In this document: positions 33,015 to 46,819 of the stretch, in pieces
Layout: every line of letters starts with the position of its first letter
How positions within the stretch are numbered: the stretch's first letter is position 1
Notes under the pieces: model-generated
The model's database searches: none
Told to the model about the DNA's origin: nothing
The model's input: the letters and a program-made list of their open reading frames with translations, nothing else
Position numbers and translations under genes: made by a program
Source of the DNA: Macrostomum hystrix
Taxonomy: Eukaryota; Animalia; Platyhelminthes
Direction of reading: 5' to 3'
Length of the DNA: 64,000 nt
Assembly: GCA_950097015.1 (NCBI GenBank)
Contig: CATNEN010000038.1
Span: 3,844,001-3,908,000 of the forward strand

Positions 33015-36000
33015 TCTGGAGATCTGGATTCAAGTTAATGTGCATTTTTTATAATAAAGAGAACTTCTAAATAAGTCACAAAAACACATAAAATAGTAAT
33101 ATTAACATTTAATAAAAAGTAAGCTGGCTAAACGTAGAATATATTGATAGAGTTTGATCAATTACTATACACTCGCATATATGCGCAACCTCCTAAATCT
33201 TAGCCGGCCATGCGACTTAGTTTTTGCTCTCATTTGCGACTTAGTTTGTTTCATTGCTCTATTTACGACTTAGTTTGCTCTCATTTGCTCTCTTTTTCTC
33301 TCCCCTTTTTCCTTTTCTTCATGCCTTCCTTTTTTGTCCCTTGGTCCCCCCTTTGATTTTTTTGCGCTTGGTCAATTGGTTTTTGCGACTTACCTTGCTT
33401 GGCCCTCGTTTCACCCGGCCGGTTCGGCTGGGTCGGCCGGGTGTTGCGCATGTATGTACACTCGGCATGAGTGGTTTATCTTTCTAGGGCACTCACTCAA
33501 TACACTCAATATATTTAGAAACAACTTTTTTGTTTGTTCTTTTTTATACAGGGTGAATTATGGTTTGTTACTAGGGGGCCTATTGGCACTATTAGCAAAA
33601 TATAAAATATTAAAAATATATAGATGGAACAAAATATATTTTGAGCATAATTAGCCACAAATTAAAATTCCTAAAATTAAAACACCCTACAACAGTTATT
33701 TCGAATCACCATTTATTACTATGCCTTATATGTGCCATTGGCAAGGCAAGTAAGTAAGTTCTTTGTAAAACAGTTTTCATTTGGAAAGAAAAATTGACCT
33801 TAATATCCACATTAGAAACTTTCTGCCATCCACATGTAAATATGTTAGGAGGCTAACTTAATGCTAGTTTTATCTAGGTGCCAAAAATAGGCCTAGCATA
33901 AGGCCAAGGTCTAAGGGCATTTTAGGGTAGGCCCTAATGTATCATCAACCAAACAAGAATGTGTATTTTTTTAACTTCAAACCTAAGCTACAGATTTTCT
34001 ATTTAAGATATGATGATAAATCAAAAGCCAAGTTATAGAAAACAGTTACATCTTTCTAAAAAGTATCTGCTTTTGCTATTTTGTCAAATAGAAAAAAGTT
34101 ATTCCTGCTTTTTATCTACAACCGAACAATGATTTTCATGTATCTTCAAACCAAACAGAGAATTTGATGTTTGCTTTTACAATTTGAGTGAGTGGTTTAA
34201 TCTTATTTTAAGGAGTGAACTATCATGAATTATGTAATTTTAAAGCATTTTTCATGCTCTATAAATAACTACATTTATGGTCATTTAATTGGCAAGCAAC
34301 AGCATACAATCTTCGTCTAAAGTACATACTGAAAAAATGTTGTTAAAAAGTATGCTTTTGCAATAAAAAATTCTACTGAAACATCAATATCTTTCTTTCC
34401 TCTTAATGCTTCATTGCACATCATGCCTCAGCTTGTAGATAATTTCTTCAACTTTCAAATTAGTTGTTCTGTGAAACACAATAGCTTATTTCTGTCTTGC
34501 ATGAGACCAAGGAAGGAGTCAAAATTCTTGTTTGGTTTTGAAGATAGGGCCTACACTGTTCGGTTGATGATACAATACCCTAGTACCTATTTACTTAGCC
34601 ATATTGCCATAAAGGATCAACTTTTGATTTATCTGACAAAGAATATTCTATAAGTTATATCAGTTTTTAATTTGCACATTAATTATAATACTAAATTATG
34701 AAGAAGTAATGAATAGAAAAGCACTTTGTAATTGATGACATTTAATGTTATTTGCAACTTAAGGAAACTGAGTTGGAAAACATTGTTATCAATTATAAGC
34801 AATAAGTTGTTGCATAGGAACTGTCATAGGAAAATAATTACTAATTGAGAAGGCTACCCTACTCAAAAATAAAAGTTTAGCTTCAAATATATGACTAACA
34901 AACAATTAAACGAATTAATAGGCCTAGTTAGTCACTGCTAGAAATTAGCAATTAAAGTTGGAACACACTATATTATACTATAACATAGCTTATGCGTATG
35001 CCACTGCTAAAATTAAAATAAATAAGCGTTTTTTAAGTACTTGAAATTACAAAAATTTAAATTGATTTTTCGCCTAAGTGACTTGTCGCGAAAAGGTTGT
35101 CGATTTTAATGTAAAGGACTGGTACCATACCATTACATAAACATGAGCATGCACCTCAGAATGACCTACATATAAGCCTATCCTATCCTATAAATATGCT
35201 TCAAGAATTTTGGCGGCGAAGTGAGTTAAAAAGTAAATACAAAAGCAAACGATCTAGATACGCCTAAAAATATAAAGTTCAAACTGTTTCCGACTGTATC
35301 ATAGAAAGTAATGCTTAAAAAGTACGAATCTTTATGCACTTGTTTTACATTTGATTTTGTTCGTTCCGGAAGTTTTAGATAATTATGGGCAGAGAGAACA
35401 TATTTTCATGTATATATTGGGTAGTATGCCCATTATATTGTATCTAATCTAAAAAATTCTCAAATTATTGAGCAAAGCAATCATACAATCATATATTATC
35501 TGACAATTAAGCAGCGCTTGAAAGAAAAAATGCTACCACTGCAGAAAATTTCTCGCGCCTTTTTAAAACCTAAATTTTCGAAGAATCATACCACAAAATT
35601 AGGAAAATACGGTGTTTACCATCTTTCTTGTTTAAAAGCTTACAAGTATTGTATTTTTTGTTTCTAATTTGTTTTACTTGTCCGCTTTTACTTTGATTAA
35701 TTTGTTCTAAAATATTTTTAGTCCGTTTCAGTGAGGTTTCAAATTTCAAGCGTTCGTTTCATTTTACTTTCTTTTACTAGTTTATAAATAACATAATGCA
35801 AAAATGCTTTGAAATTTGAGCAGTTTAATTAAAGCCACTTCTTTTTGTGAATACATAACTTTTTAGTTCATTTTAGTCATTAGATATATGCTTATTATCA
35901 AGTCTATAAACTTCAAAGCAATTGTGTCATATTTGAAATTATACAATTTAGGAAAATTTTATGCATAATCTGATAGTTCAAAGTTTCACTTATTTGTCAT

Positions 36001-36354
36001 AAAAAGATTTACTTTATTGAAACTTTATTGATAGCAGAATTGTCTTTTAGCTAGGCAAGACGCCAAAAAATTGTTTTGTTTTTACATTAGTATCCTATCA
36101 TTTTATTAAGCCTGCTATGTAGATTTCTATAATAGTTTTTTGTAGGTTTTTGCCAAAAGAAAATTCGCTAAAGCAAGCAAGTTTGCACAGCGCACCTGTT
36201 TTGTGTTAAGAATATTTATTAAACTGCATACGAGCTATTTTACGATATCTGAATCACCAAGTCTAATAACTGTGTTTCATAAAAAAGAGAAAACTTGTTT
36301 TTTATTTATGCAGGTAAGACAATATATTAAGAACGCTTTCGAAAAATATACAAA

Positions 36355-39300
36355 ATGGAACAGAAGGAACCGTTGGTGCAGCAGCCGCAGCAGCCGCAGC
36401 AGCCACAGCAGCCGCAGCAGCCGCCTAAGCTTATGGGTAAGATGATGGACAAATCGTATATTTGTCCATAGTTTGTCATTTCCAACTAGGCGAGGTATTC
36501 TAGATAAGTTAAGGGCTTGGCAAGCGTAACATTATTCCGTTTCACAATCTTATTCCTGTCAGACCGGATCCGGTCCTTTCCGAAGGACTTCGCTGAAACT
36601 GGCCAGTTCATCATCTCCACCAAGCGCTGGCTGTCCGTCTCAACCGAGCCGGTGCCCGACTGTGACGTAGTGATCATGTTTCCGAGAAATGCTAATCGGG
36701 AATTCATCGCCTGGTGCCGACATTCCATGACGAACCAGGTGCCGGACCTCATCATGCGTCAGGTTGACCTGCAGTACTCAAGATGTGTGGCGCTCTATGT
36801 TACCGCGTCGTTTAGAAGGTGAGTAAAATAAAACAAAAACTAAAGTTTGAATGCCAGTATTTGAACACCCGCGCTTCTCAACTGCAGCCTGCTGAAGGCC
36901 GCGGATACCGTCGGGCTGCGGAAGCGCCTTCGCAGTAGCTACGGCGGCGGCTACCAGGAATTCACGCTTGAGGAGCTGGACCTGTTCGCTAACGGCCAGT
37001 CAGCCGCCGACTTTTTCAGCAGTCAGGAGCGTCAGGGCCTGGTCCGGCACCTCCTGCTGGGCTGGCGACCCGAAACCGCCGCCTGCTGGCCTGGCTTGAA
37101 GTTGACTGAGCAGCAGCCAGCGCTGCCACAGCTCCAGGTTTGTCCCATAGACTACTGGCAGCTCAAGACTCACACTGACCGACGAATCCCACCGACCCAA
37201 CACTCTCAATGACGCATGAGTCCCAATGACTCAATTTTTTCACCTTTTGTTGTCCATTGTGGCAGGTGCGCGGCCTTGTGCAGGCAGTTTTCCCGCTGCA
37301 CTGCCAACGCGACCTGGCCCGCCTGCGCGCCAGCTGGGTCGGCGGCTTCCTTCGCCCGCAGCCGCTGAACGCCGTTCAGGAGTACTTCGGCGTCAAAGTG
37401 GCCCTGTACTTTGCCTGGCTGGGCTTTTACACCTGTGCGCTGGCGGCCCCTGCTCTGATTGGCGCGGCCGCCTACTTCATGAACTCCACCGACGCCGCAT
37501 GCGCCTTACTGGTCTGCTTCAACATCCTCTGGGCCACCGTCTACTTGGAGATGTGGAAGCGGCAGAGCTCAGTGCTCACCTACGACTGGGGCACACTAGA
37601 CAACGGCAACACCGACATGCTGGACGAGTGCCGGCCGCTGTTCAAAGTGAGACTGAAAGGACGTTAAATTTATTTGCAACTGCGCACTTGCAGGGGAATC
37701 CTGATTGCACGACCACGTGAACCCTCAATGTACATAGGGAAATCCAGAATGCACAGAATGTACAGAATGTACATAGGGAAATCCAGAATGTGCAGAGGGA
37801 AATCCAAAATGAACAGGATGAGCAGAGGGAAATCCAGAATGAACAGGATGAGCAGATATAAATTCAGAATGTACAGAGGGAAATCCAGAATGTACAGAGA
37901 GAAATCATCATTTTAAGAGGGAATCTTGATAGTTCAGAGGAAAATCCAGGTTGTAAGAGGGGAATCCTGATTTTACAACTCAAACGCTAAATGTACATAG
38001 GGAAATCCGGAATGCATAGAGGGGAATCATAATTTTACAAAGGGAAATCTAGAATGTATAGTAGGAGATCCTGATAAGATGGAGGGAAATCCTGATAAGA
38101 TGGAGGGAAATCCTGATAAGATGGAGGGAAATCCTCATGAGATGGAGGGAAATCTAGAATGTACTGAGAGGAATCCTTATTTTGTAGACGGGGATTCCTG
38201 ATATAGGGTCAGGTGCTTTGAGTTCTCTGGGTCAATCGACCGAGCATTGCGTGTTGATCAATCCGTTCTATGGCGTCGTACCTCCACCACCAGGGGGAGC
38301 CAACGATCAGCCGCATCACAGGTCACGTGACCTTGGAATATCCGGCCTGGAAGCGGCTGACGATTCGCTATTTGATCAGCCTGCCCGTGATCGCCGCCTG
38401 CCTGGCTGTCGTTGTCTGCCTGATGCTGCTGCAGTTCGCTTTCCAGGACTGGATGACAGACATGGTGATGGAGCGGAAGGCGCTGCCCACTGTGCTGGAC
38501 TTTGTGCCAAAGATCACCAACGCGCTGGTCATTGCCATGTGCGACCACTTTTATAAGGGCATCGCCAGGCGGCTAAATGATCTAGGTGAGCGGCCGCGTC
38601 TAAATGCCTATAGATGCTGCATTTGCTGAATAATGATGATGTCTGTATATGTGAAGTTTCTAATGATGTTTCTAGTTGCAATTTATCTTGATAGATGTCT
38701 CTAGATGTGAATGTACAGATTGCAGATGTGAATGTACAATTATCTTGATAGATGTCTCTAGATGTGAGTTATCTTGATAGATGTCTCTAGATGTGAATTA
38801 TCTTGATAGATGTCTCTAGATGTGAATTATCTTGATAGATGTCTCTAGATGTGAATTATCTCGATAGATGTCTCTAGATGTGAATTATCTCGATAGATGT
38901 CTCTAGATGTGAATTATATCGATAGATGTCTCTAGATGTGAATTATATCGATAGATGTCTCTAGATGTGAATTATCAAATGATGTCGCTAGATGTGAAGT
39001 GCTTGTAGATCTCATTGTCGTCTGATTGACCGTTTTTTATTATTCTATAGGCCTATAATTTTTCCATCACTGAATATTCATGCGTGTAAGGTGTAAAAGC
39101 GAATCACTTTTTGCCCCACTAACAAACTTTCGCGCGCAGAGAATATTCGCGTCGAGGAGTCCTATCGAAGTCACCTCATCGTCAAACTGATTCTGGTATA
39201 ACAAATATGGCCATGCTTTAACTAATATTGTATGTGCTAAAATAGTTAGTTCACTCAAATAATAAACTTATTTATTGTTTTTACTTTTAAGCCAAGCCAG

Positions 39301-42300
39301 AACTGATAATCTATAAATGGCAAATTTTCAGTTTCAGTCCATGAACTCTTTCCTGTCGCTGTTCTATGTGGCATTCTATCGCCAGGACATGAACATGCTC
39401 AAACAGGTATGATGCTCTTCTGTGCTGGCTGTCATGCCATAATTTGGCATGACTTGCTCACCTTTCAGTGACGTTATGGAGCCATTTACCTAAGGTCATT
39501 AGTACCATTTACCAGAGGTCATTGGTGCCATTTCTCTGAGTTCATTAATACCATTTCCCTGAGGTCATTAGTGCTATTTTCCGGAGGTCATTAATACCAT
39601 TTCCCTGAGGTCATTAGTGCCATTTCTCTGAGGTTATTAGTGCCATTTCTCTGAGGTTATTAGTGCCATTTCTCTGAGGTCATTAGTGCCATTTCTCTGA
39701 GGTCATTAGTGCCATTTCTCTGAGGTTATTAGTACCATTTCCCTGAGGTCGTTAGTACCATTTCTCTGAGGTTATTAGTGCCATTTCTCTGAGGTCATTA
39801 GTGCCATTTCTCTGAGGTCATTAGTGCCATTTCTCTGAGGTCATTAGTGCCATTTCTCTGAGGTCATTAGTACCATTTCCCTGAGGTCGTTAGTGCCATT
39901 TCTCTGAGGTTATTAGTGCCATTTCTCTGAGGTTATTAGTGCCATTTCTCTGAGGTTATTAGTGCCATTTCTCTGAGGTCATTAGTGCCATTTCTCTGAG
40001 GTCATTAGTGCCATTTCTCTGAGGTCATTAGTGCCATTTCCCTGAGGTCATTAGTGCTATTTCTCTGAGGTCATTAGTGCCATTTCTCTGAGGTCATTAG
40101 TGCTATTTCCCTGAGGTCATTAGTGCCATTTCTCTGAGGTCATTAGTGCCATTTCCCTGAGGTCATTAGTGCTATTTCTCTGAGGTCATTAGTGCCATTT
40201 CTCTGAGGTCATTAGTGCCATTTCTCTGAGGTCATTAGTGCCATTTCCCTGAGGTCGTTAGTGCCATTTCTCTGAGGTTATTAGTGCCATTTCTCTGAGG
40301 TCATTAGTGCCATTTCCCTGAGGTCATTAGTGCCATTTCTCTGAGGTCATTAGTGCCATTTCCCTGAGGTCGTTAGTGCCATTTCTCTGAGGTCATTAGT
40401 GCCATTTCTCTGAGGTCATTAGTGCCATTTCTCTGAGGTCATTAGTGCCATTTCTCTGAGGTCATTAGTGCCATTTCTCTGAGGCCATTAGTGCTATTTT
40501 CCGGAGGTCATTAGTGCCATTTCTCTGAGGTTATTGGTGCCATTTCCCAGGGATCATTAGTACCATTTCCCTAAGGTCATTAGAGTCATTTTTCACTGTC
40601 ATGTTTACAATCTCCCCAATCTTATATGGCAGCAACTGGCCGCTCTCCTGCTGACCCGCCAAATCATCGACAATGTCAAAGAGGTCGGCATTCCGTTTCT
40701 CATGTCCCGAGTGCGCAACTACAAGATGAGCCTGGACTATGACAGGCACAAGAAAATGGATGGGCCGGCTGAGGATGATGCTGAGCACGCCGCTGAGTCT
40801 GAGTGTCCCGGAATCACCCAGACTGAGGTTGAGGCCAGCTTGGAAACTGTGAGCAGTTTGTAGAGTACAAACCAGAGTCCTCCGGATTCTACTTTCCCAG
40901 AATGCTCAGATTGAGATTGGTCTTTCCTAGAATTCTCAGATAGGGGTTCTGCTTTCAAAGAATTGTCACATTAAAATTATACTTAAAGGCCTTTAAGAAA
41001 TCGACGATGACGACAGGTGTGTCGCTATTGGCTCCGAGCTGTCACGTGACAGCCCTTTCGTCCAATGGCGACATGCGTGTTAGTGTTGTCAAAGCTCTGG
41101 TTTTAAGTCCTAATTGAAAATATAAATTTCCTTTTCAGTACGACGATCCTTACGAAGACTACCTGGAGATGTTTGTACAGTACGGCTACATGTGCATGTT
41201 CTCATGCGCTCTGCCCTTAGCCGGCGTATTCTGCCTCATCAACAATGTCATGGAGATCCGGTCCGACGCATTCAAGCTTTGCACCGGCTTTCGGAGGCCG
41301 TTCGGAACTAAAGTGTCCGACATCGGCGTCTGGCAGATGGCCCTGGAGGGCATCAGCTGCGTGGCGGTCACTGTCAATGTTGCCCTGCTGGGCGTCAGCG
41401 GTGCCGTCGGTCGATGGTTTCCCAGCCTCTCCGGTGCCCAGATCGTACTGCTGTTGGTACTTTTTGAGGTTCGGCCATTCTTCTCAGCTGCATGCCACAT
41501 TTCTGCAGCTTTAAATAAAGAGAAACATCTTTGTTTAACAAAGCAGATACATGCAAATTTCACTTGATACCTAACTCACTCCATGTATGCACATTCCAAT
41601 AGACAACTCCCTCATTCCATTAACGTACAGGGCACTAGACACCCACCTCACTACATGAATGTACAGCGCACTAGACAACTACCTCACTCCTAGTATGCAC
41701 AATTAAAAAAATGCCAACCTCACTCCACGTATGTACATTCCAATAGACACCCACCTCACTCTATGAATGTACAGCGCACTAGACACCCACCTCACTCCAA
41801 TAGACAACTACCTCACTTCTAGTATGCACAATTTAAAAGTTGCCAACCTCACTCCACGTATGTACATTCCAATAGACACCCACCTCACTCTATGAATGTA
41901 CAGCGCACTAGACACCCACCTCACTCCAATAGACAACTACCTCACTTCTAGTATGCACAATTAAAAAGTTGCCAACCTCACTCCACGTATGTACATTCCA
42001 ATAGACATCCACCTCACTCTATGAATGTACATCTCACTCTCACTTAAGACACCGCCTCACTCTTTGTATTAATCACTTGACGCCTCACTCCATCGATGTA
42101 TATTTCCATAGACAGTTGCCCAGTCTCTTTCCTCAGATCAATGTACAATTGCCAGTAGAGAGCAAAGCTGACTTTGTTACCTGGCACTCCATTGCAGCAC
42201 GCGGTTCTGTTACTAAAGTACCTCATAGCCAAAGCCATACCTGACGTTCCTCATTGGGTTGAAGAAGAAATTGCAATCACTGAGCACAAAAAGCGGGCGG

Positions 42301-42456
42301 CACTCAAGGTGAGATAATTGATCGATTCCATTTTCCCTTATTTGAAGGCTTCAATAATAATTTGCTTTCAAAAAGCTTCAAATGTCTAATTTTCAGCAAC
42401 AAAATCGAGCACACCTTCGCGCAAAACGCGAAAGCGGCAGCTGCTCAGAGAGTTGA
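36355..42456 (+). CDS. ANO8: Anoctamin-8 (TMEM16H)-like (exons 36355-36436, 36563-36818, 36888-37137, 37266-37646, 38294-38585, 39140-39195, 39332-39406, 40633-40848, 41139-41468, 42198-42308, 42397-42456; 702 aa)
   Basis: Motifs QEYFGVKVALYFAWLGFYT, LNDLENIRVEESYRSHLIVK, EDYLEMFVQYGY and EIRSDAFKLCTGFRRPFG (ANO8-type), plus N-terminal CDVVIMFP. All junctions are GT-AG and in frame (2109 nt). Confidence 0.88.
37725..38200. repeat. Degenerate gggaaatccagaatg-type intronic repeats
   Basis: Recurrent motif in ANO8 intron 4. Confidence 0.75.
38685..39000. repeat. 29-bp intronic repeat (gatagatgtctctagatgtgaattatctt)
   Basis: About 10 units in ANO8 intron 5. Confidence 0.9.
39480..40585. repeat. 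23-bp intronic minisatellite (ccatttctctgaggtcattagtg)n
   Basis: About 48 units in ANO8 intron 7. Confidence 0.95.
41572..42035. repeat. Compound ~129-bp intronic repeat built from cacctcactc subunits
   Basis: Repeated blocks in ANO8 intron 9. Confidence 0.8.
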
Positions 42457-44099
42457 GCTGGTGTACTCAACCACTGTTTAAAAAACAATGTCAGCATCGA
42501 ACGAGATGTGATCAATTTGTCTAGTGTCCGCTACTGAACTAACTTTTTTGCTTGACGAATATATGAGGACCACTAGCCCTTTGTTAGCGAAAAATAGTTA
42601 AGGGCCGATTTTCGTCGAAAAATACGTTCAGCTAAATTGATCATTCGTTTTTTTCACCGAAAAAGTTAAATTAGAACTGGACCATGGTATGCTATTTTAA
42701 GATCTCGCAATTTCAGTTTCCTTACAACCTACTCAGTATATTGTTTTATACTGCCTTTGATATAACATGGATTCCTAATCCATCCTATTAAAGGCAGTAT
42801 TTTTATTATCGTAAACTTTTTGACAAAAACAATAGTTATAAAATTCATGCTGCTTTGCCAGTAATCTTGCTGCTTCCTACTGATACTGCACAAGCCGTCG
42901 GGCATATAAACTTGTTTATTATTATTGTTTTATTTCTCATGAACTTTTCAAAAAAATTGTTTACTTTCCTTGCAAACGATTTTCTAAGAAATATCTTCGT
43001 CATAATATTATTATTACATTCCTCTTTTTGTTATATCCAGGCCGCTAGTATCAATTTCCATTAAAAATTTCAGTGTTTGTTAAAACTATGCTGGCTGTAG
43101 TTTTTTTTTTTTTTTAATTTTTTTTTGCTTTTGCTTAATATATTTGCTTCAATAAAATATGAATATTAGCTTATTTAATAACTTATTAGTAACAAATGAA
43201 TTAGTAATTACTGGGCTTTATTCAGTCGGCGCGATATTTCGTTAAATCATCAGATATCCTAAATGGTAAAAGTTTTATAAAAACTATGTTTTATGCTTTC
43301 ATTTTAATCATTGTTTTATCGATAAGTTTTATTTGTTCACTTTTTTGGCTGTCGTACAGTGCTCTAACTCTAGTTTGGACGAATTTGTGATTTTTTATTA
43401 ATATTATTTTACAGCTGCTTCTTAAACAGCTGCTGATACTTTTAAGATTTTAAGGCAATTTTGCAGAATCGATCCATTCGTTTGAACTATTAAAAAGCCA
43501 GTTTTGATACCTCTTTTGTCAGTCTTAAATATCTCATTTAAACCCATTTTGCTGGGCCTGCGAAAGACAGGTGCCTGCAGATTTGAATGCAGAGATTGTG
43601 TCCGACACCTGAAGAGTTGAGGTAGAAAATGAGAACATTGTGTATTAATAAGTTTGAGTTGAGTTATTGAATTGTAGTTATTGTAGTATCAAAACACCAA
43701 AAAACTGCTCAGGGGAGGAGTCAGAGCGTGTTTCCGGGCCAACGAAATCAAAAGACAGTACAGTAGTACTGACGTACTGAAGAAATGTAACATTTATTGT
43801 AAGTAGTAGCAATATCCACAGACTTTAGGACAAATCCTTAAGTCAATATTATTATTAATCTAGGGCTAGTGACTCCTGGCTCATTTAACGTAAATAAGCC
43901 TACACCAGCAAATGTCGTGAGCACTACTTTGAGTATCAGTCAGTATTGAAGAATTCAGTTAAATTTCTAAAACAGTGTAATATAGCAAGCAGTGCTTGTT
44001 AGCATGGTGTAGCCATTGGGGGAATCGGGCCGCGCTTGCCCGCCACAATCGACAGATGAAAATATCTGGCGACCTCCTTAATAAGCGCTGGCTCACGCC

Positions 44100-44492
44100 G
44101 ATTGATGGTGATGGCGCCAAATCTCCTGGTGATGGTGCCCAAGCTCCTGGTGATGGCGCCCAAGCTCCCACTGATGGCGCCCAAGCTCCCATTGATGGCG
44201 CTTAAGCTCCCATTGATGGCGCCCAAGCTCCCATTGATGGCGCCCAAGCTCCCATTGATGGCGCCCAAGCTCCCATTGATGGCGCCCAAGCTCCCATTGA
44301 TGGCGCCGAAGCTCCCATTGATGGCGCCCAAGCTCCCATTGATGGCGCCCAAGCTCCCATTGATAGCGCCCAAGCTCCCATTGATGGCGCCCAAGCTCCC
44401 ATTGATAGCGCCCAAGCTCCCATTGATAGCGCCCAAGCTCCCATTGATGGCGCCAAAGCTCCCATTGATGGCGCCGAAGTTCTCATTGATGG
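44100..44492. repeat. 21-bp minisatellite (gatggcgcccaagctcccatt)n
   Basis: About 18 units. Confidence 0.93.
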
Positions 44493-44951
44493 TTTGTAAA
44501 GAATCAAAGAAGCTGAAATGCTTCGCTATAATTAAACTCTCATTTATTCTACTGTGTGTTCATTCATAGCGACTGAATTAACGTGTTTTGTGATTCTGGA
44601 AGTTGTTTCATCGGACAAAGCGGAAAATTTTAGCACGTGTGCTGGATTTTCTGGATTGCTTGAATATTTTTGGAGGTACTGAAAAAATGTGGGCGTTTGA
44701 AATATTCGCGTGGTCTTTCTACTGTTAAGGGATTCTGGAAAAGGATGCCAGTTAATAAGACAGTGTTACTGAATATATTTTGTTGCAGTAGCGTGTGACC
44801 TCGAACACGATGGGACACTGGAAGTATTTGTATTCATAGTTACCGAGCCACACTTTCTGAGAGGGGAACTATGCCCGCGGACCGCTAATAAGAAGAAAAA
44901 CACGAGAATGTATTTGAGGTCTTCGAAATTTATTCACAGATTTTCAAATCG

Positions 44952-46428
44952 CTACTCCTGCAATCGATGCAGCTGTTGCAGCTGCTCCTGAAGCTGCGTC
45001 ACTTGCTGCTGCAGCTGCTCAACGCACTTCGTCCGTTCGTCTACCGCGCTGAGCAGCGCCAGCAGCTGGGAGATGCCGCCGAAACTGTTGGCCATCTGCT
45101 CAAACTCCATGGTGCTGTGGGCCCAGTTGGCGACGTTGACTTGCAGCTTCTTGAACTGGTCGAAGACGCTGCCGACTCGATGCTTCACGTCGACCACCTC
45201 GCGGCTGTCGGCTGATACAGCGGGAGTTGCCGATGACCGCGGGTCTGCAGCTGCTTGGAATCGGGAAGTGGGGCAGGGCCTCGGGTAGGTTGAGCTGCTG
45301 AGAGAAAACACGTCTCAAAATATGTTGAATCTTTGTTAGCCTAGGGTTTCCAAAGTGGTTAGTCCATCGGACTCACGACTTGAAGGTCAGGGGTTCGATT
45401 CAAGAGTCCACTAGAACAATTTGTGTTCTTTGGCAAGACAATTAACTTAGAACTTTTTCAGTTCACCCAGCTGTAAACATGGGTGCCAGCACTAGCTGGG
45501 TCATCGAGGGTGGCTGTGGCGTCCTCCCACAACGTCCTGTGGCGGACTGAACGCAGCCTTCAGGTGCGATCAATTTAATTAGCATTATGCACACAGCTAT
45601 ACGCTGCGAATGCTGCAAACAAGGCAGCAACTTTGACTCACCTGAACTCTGCTGAGCCATGTTGACCTGTCTTAGCTTGCTGTCCATGAGCTCCAGGTGA
45701 GAGTCCATGCACTCCCTATAGTGCCTCTCCTGGTAGGATCTGCGAACCTTCGCTGAGCAGCCCAGGTGGGAGTACTTGCACTCAACCGGTCTCTCGGGAC
45801 ACTCCTCAAGGTGAACCACAAATGCTGACCTGCCCATCACCCTGGTCCGGTCACCGCAGTGGGGACACACAGTTGCGAATATCGGACAGCACACATCGGA
45901 CTCCAGATTCCGGTGCTTGTATTTCATCTCACAGACTGTCACCAGCTGAGAGCACAGCCCGCACACCTCCTTCCTCTGCTGGCACTCTCGGCTGGAGTGA
46001 CGCTGCATGTGCTTCTTTCTCACCGACTGGTCGCAGAGCCCACAGCGGAGTGTCTGGAAGTCGCAGATGTCCAAATGGGGGTCCATCTGAGCCCAGCTAA
46101 GAGTGACAGAGCAGCCGGCATCGGAGTTCGGACACAGGACCCGCAGTCTGGCGACCTCGCGTCTCGTGGCCATGTCGGGAAAGCAGTTGGCCTGGCTCAC
46201 CTCGATCTCATCCAACTGGTCTCTGCAGGCCTCCGTGTTCCCGGGACAGCGCCGCTTCTCCACCGGAGGCAGCAGGCCGGAGACGCAGGGCTGGCAGAGG
46301 CGGCATCCGTGTGGAGTCTGGCAGCCATTGAACAGCGGCTTCGAGCAGCTGCTACACTGGAGGTGAGCCGGCACTGACGAGCCCGGAGGAGTCCGCGCCT
46401 TCGACACTCGCTGCGGCAGCTCTGACAT
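44952..46428 (-). CDS. TRAF-like protein: RING + TRAF-type zinc fingers + coiled coil, no MATH domain (exons 46428-45642, [45557-45467], 45297-44952); may be a pseudogene
   Basis: RING CSSC...HGCRLCQPC...C, followed by FPDMATRREVARLRVLCPN...GC (the post-RING motif of TRAF2/3), H-x3-C zinc fingers and CxYxxxGC. The distal coiled coil is in frame only if the 91-nt middle exon is used. Confidence 0.75.
45345..45570 (+). mobile_element. tRNA/CORE-like SINE antisense within the TRAF-like gene
   Basis: agtggttag (A-box-like), ggttcgattc (B-box), gtgttctttggcaagaca and cagttcacccagctgtaaacatgggt. Confidence 0.6.
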
Positions 46429-46478
46429 GGCTGCGTTAATTCAATGCCCTCATTTCAGGAATGTACTGCACTAAATTT

Positions 46479-46579
46479 ATTATGAGAGCAGCTTTGCAAT
46501 GGTTTAGTCAAGGAAATTCCGCGGAAATTAATTATGAGAGCAGCTTTGCAATGGTTTAGTCAAGGAAATTCCGCGGAAA
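46479..46579. promoter_or_regulatory. 52-bp tandem duplication upstream of the TRAF-like ATG, each copy with GGAAATTCC (kB/Rel-like)
   Basis: The duplication is directly visible and the motif lies at 46512-46520 and 46564-46572. Function is inferred. Confidence 0.35.
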
Positions 46580-46819
46580 AGCCATTTGGAACTATGTATC
46601 ATACTCTTGCGTGTGCACTATAGTAGCTAGTTCTCGTACCTCGGCAGCCAGGGCTCTCTCAGTGTACTGAATTCAATGTACAAAAAAGAAGTGGCTATCT
46701 GAGTGTATCTTCTTACTCGTATGCTATTCAAGCTTTGTGGTTTATATACGAGCTACTTTACTGGTTTAACATAGGGCAGAGGGTCTAGAGGATGCATAAG
46801 ACTATGAGAGGCCAATTAA

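Noticed and set aside
43959-44569. ORFs with GAINGSL / APKLPLM repeats
   Set aside because: These come from a 21-bp minisatellite that is open in most frames.
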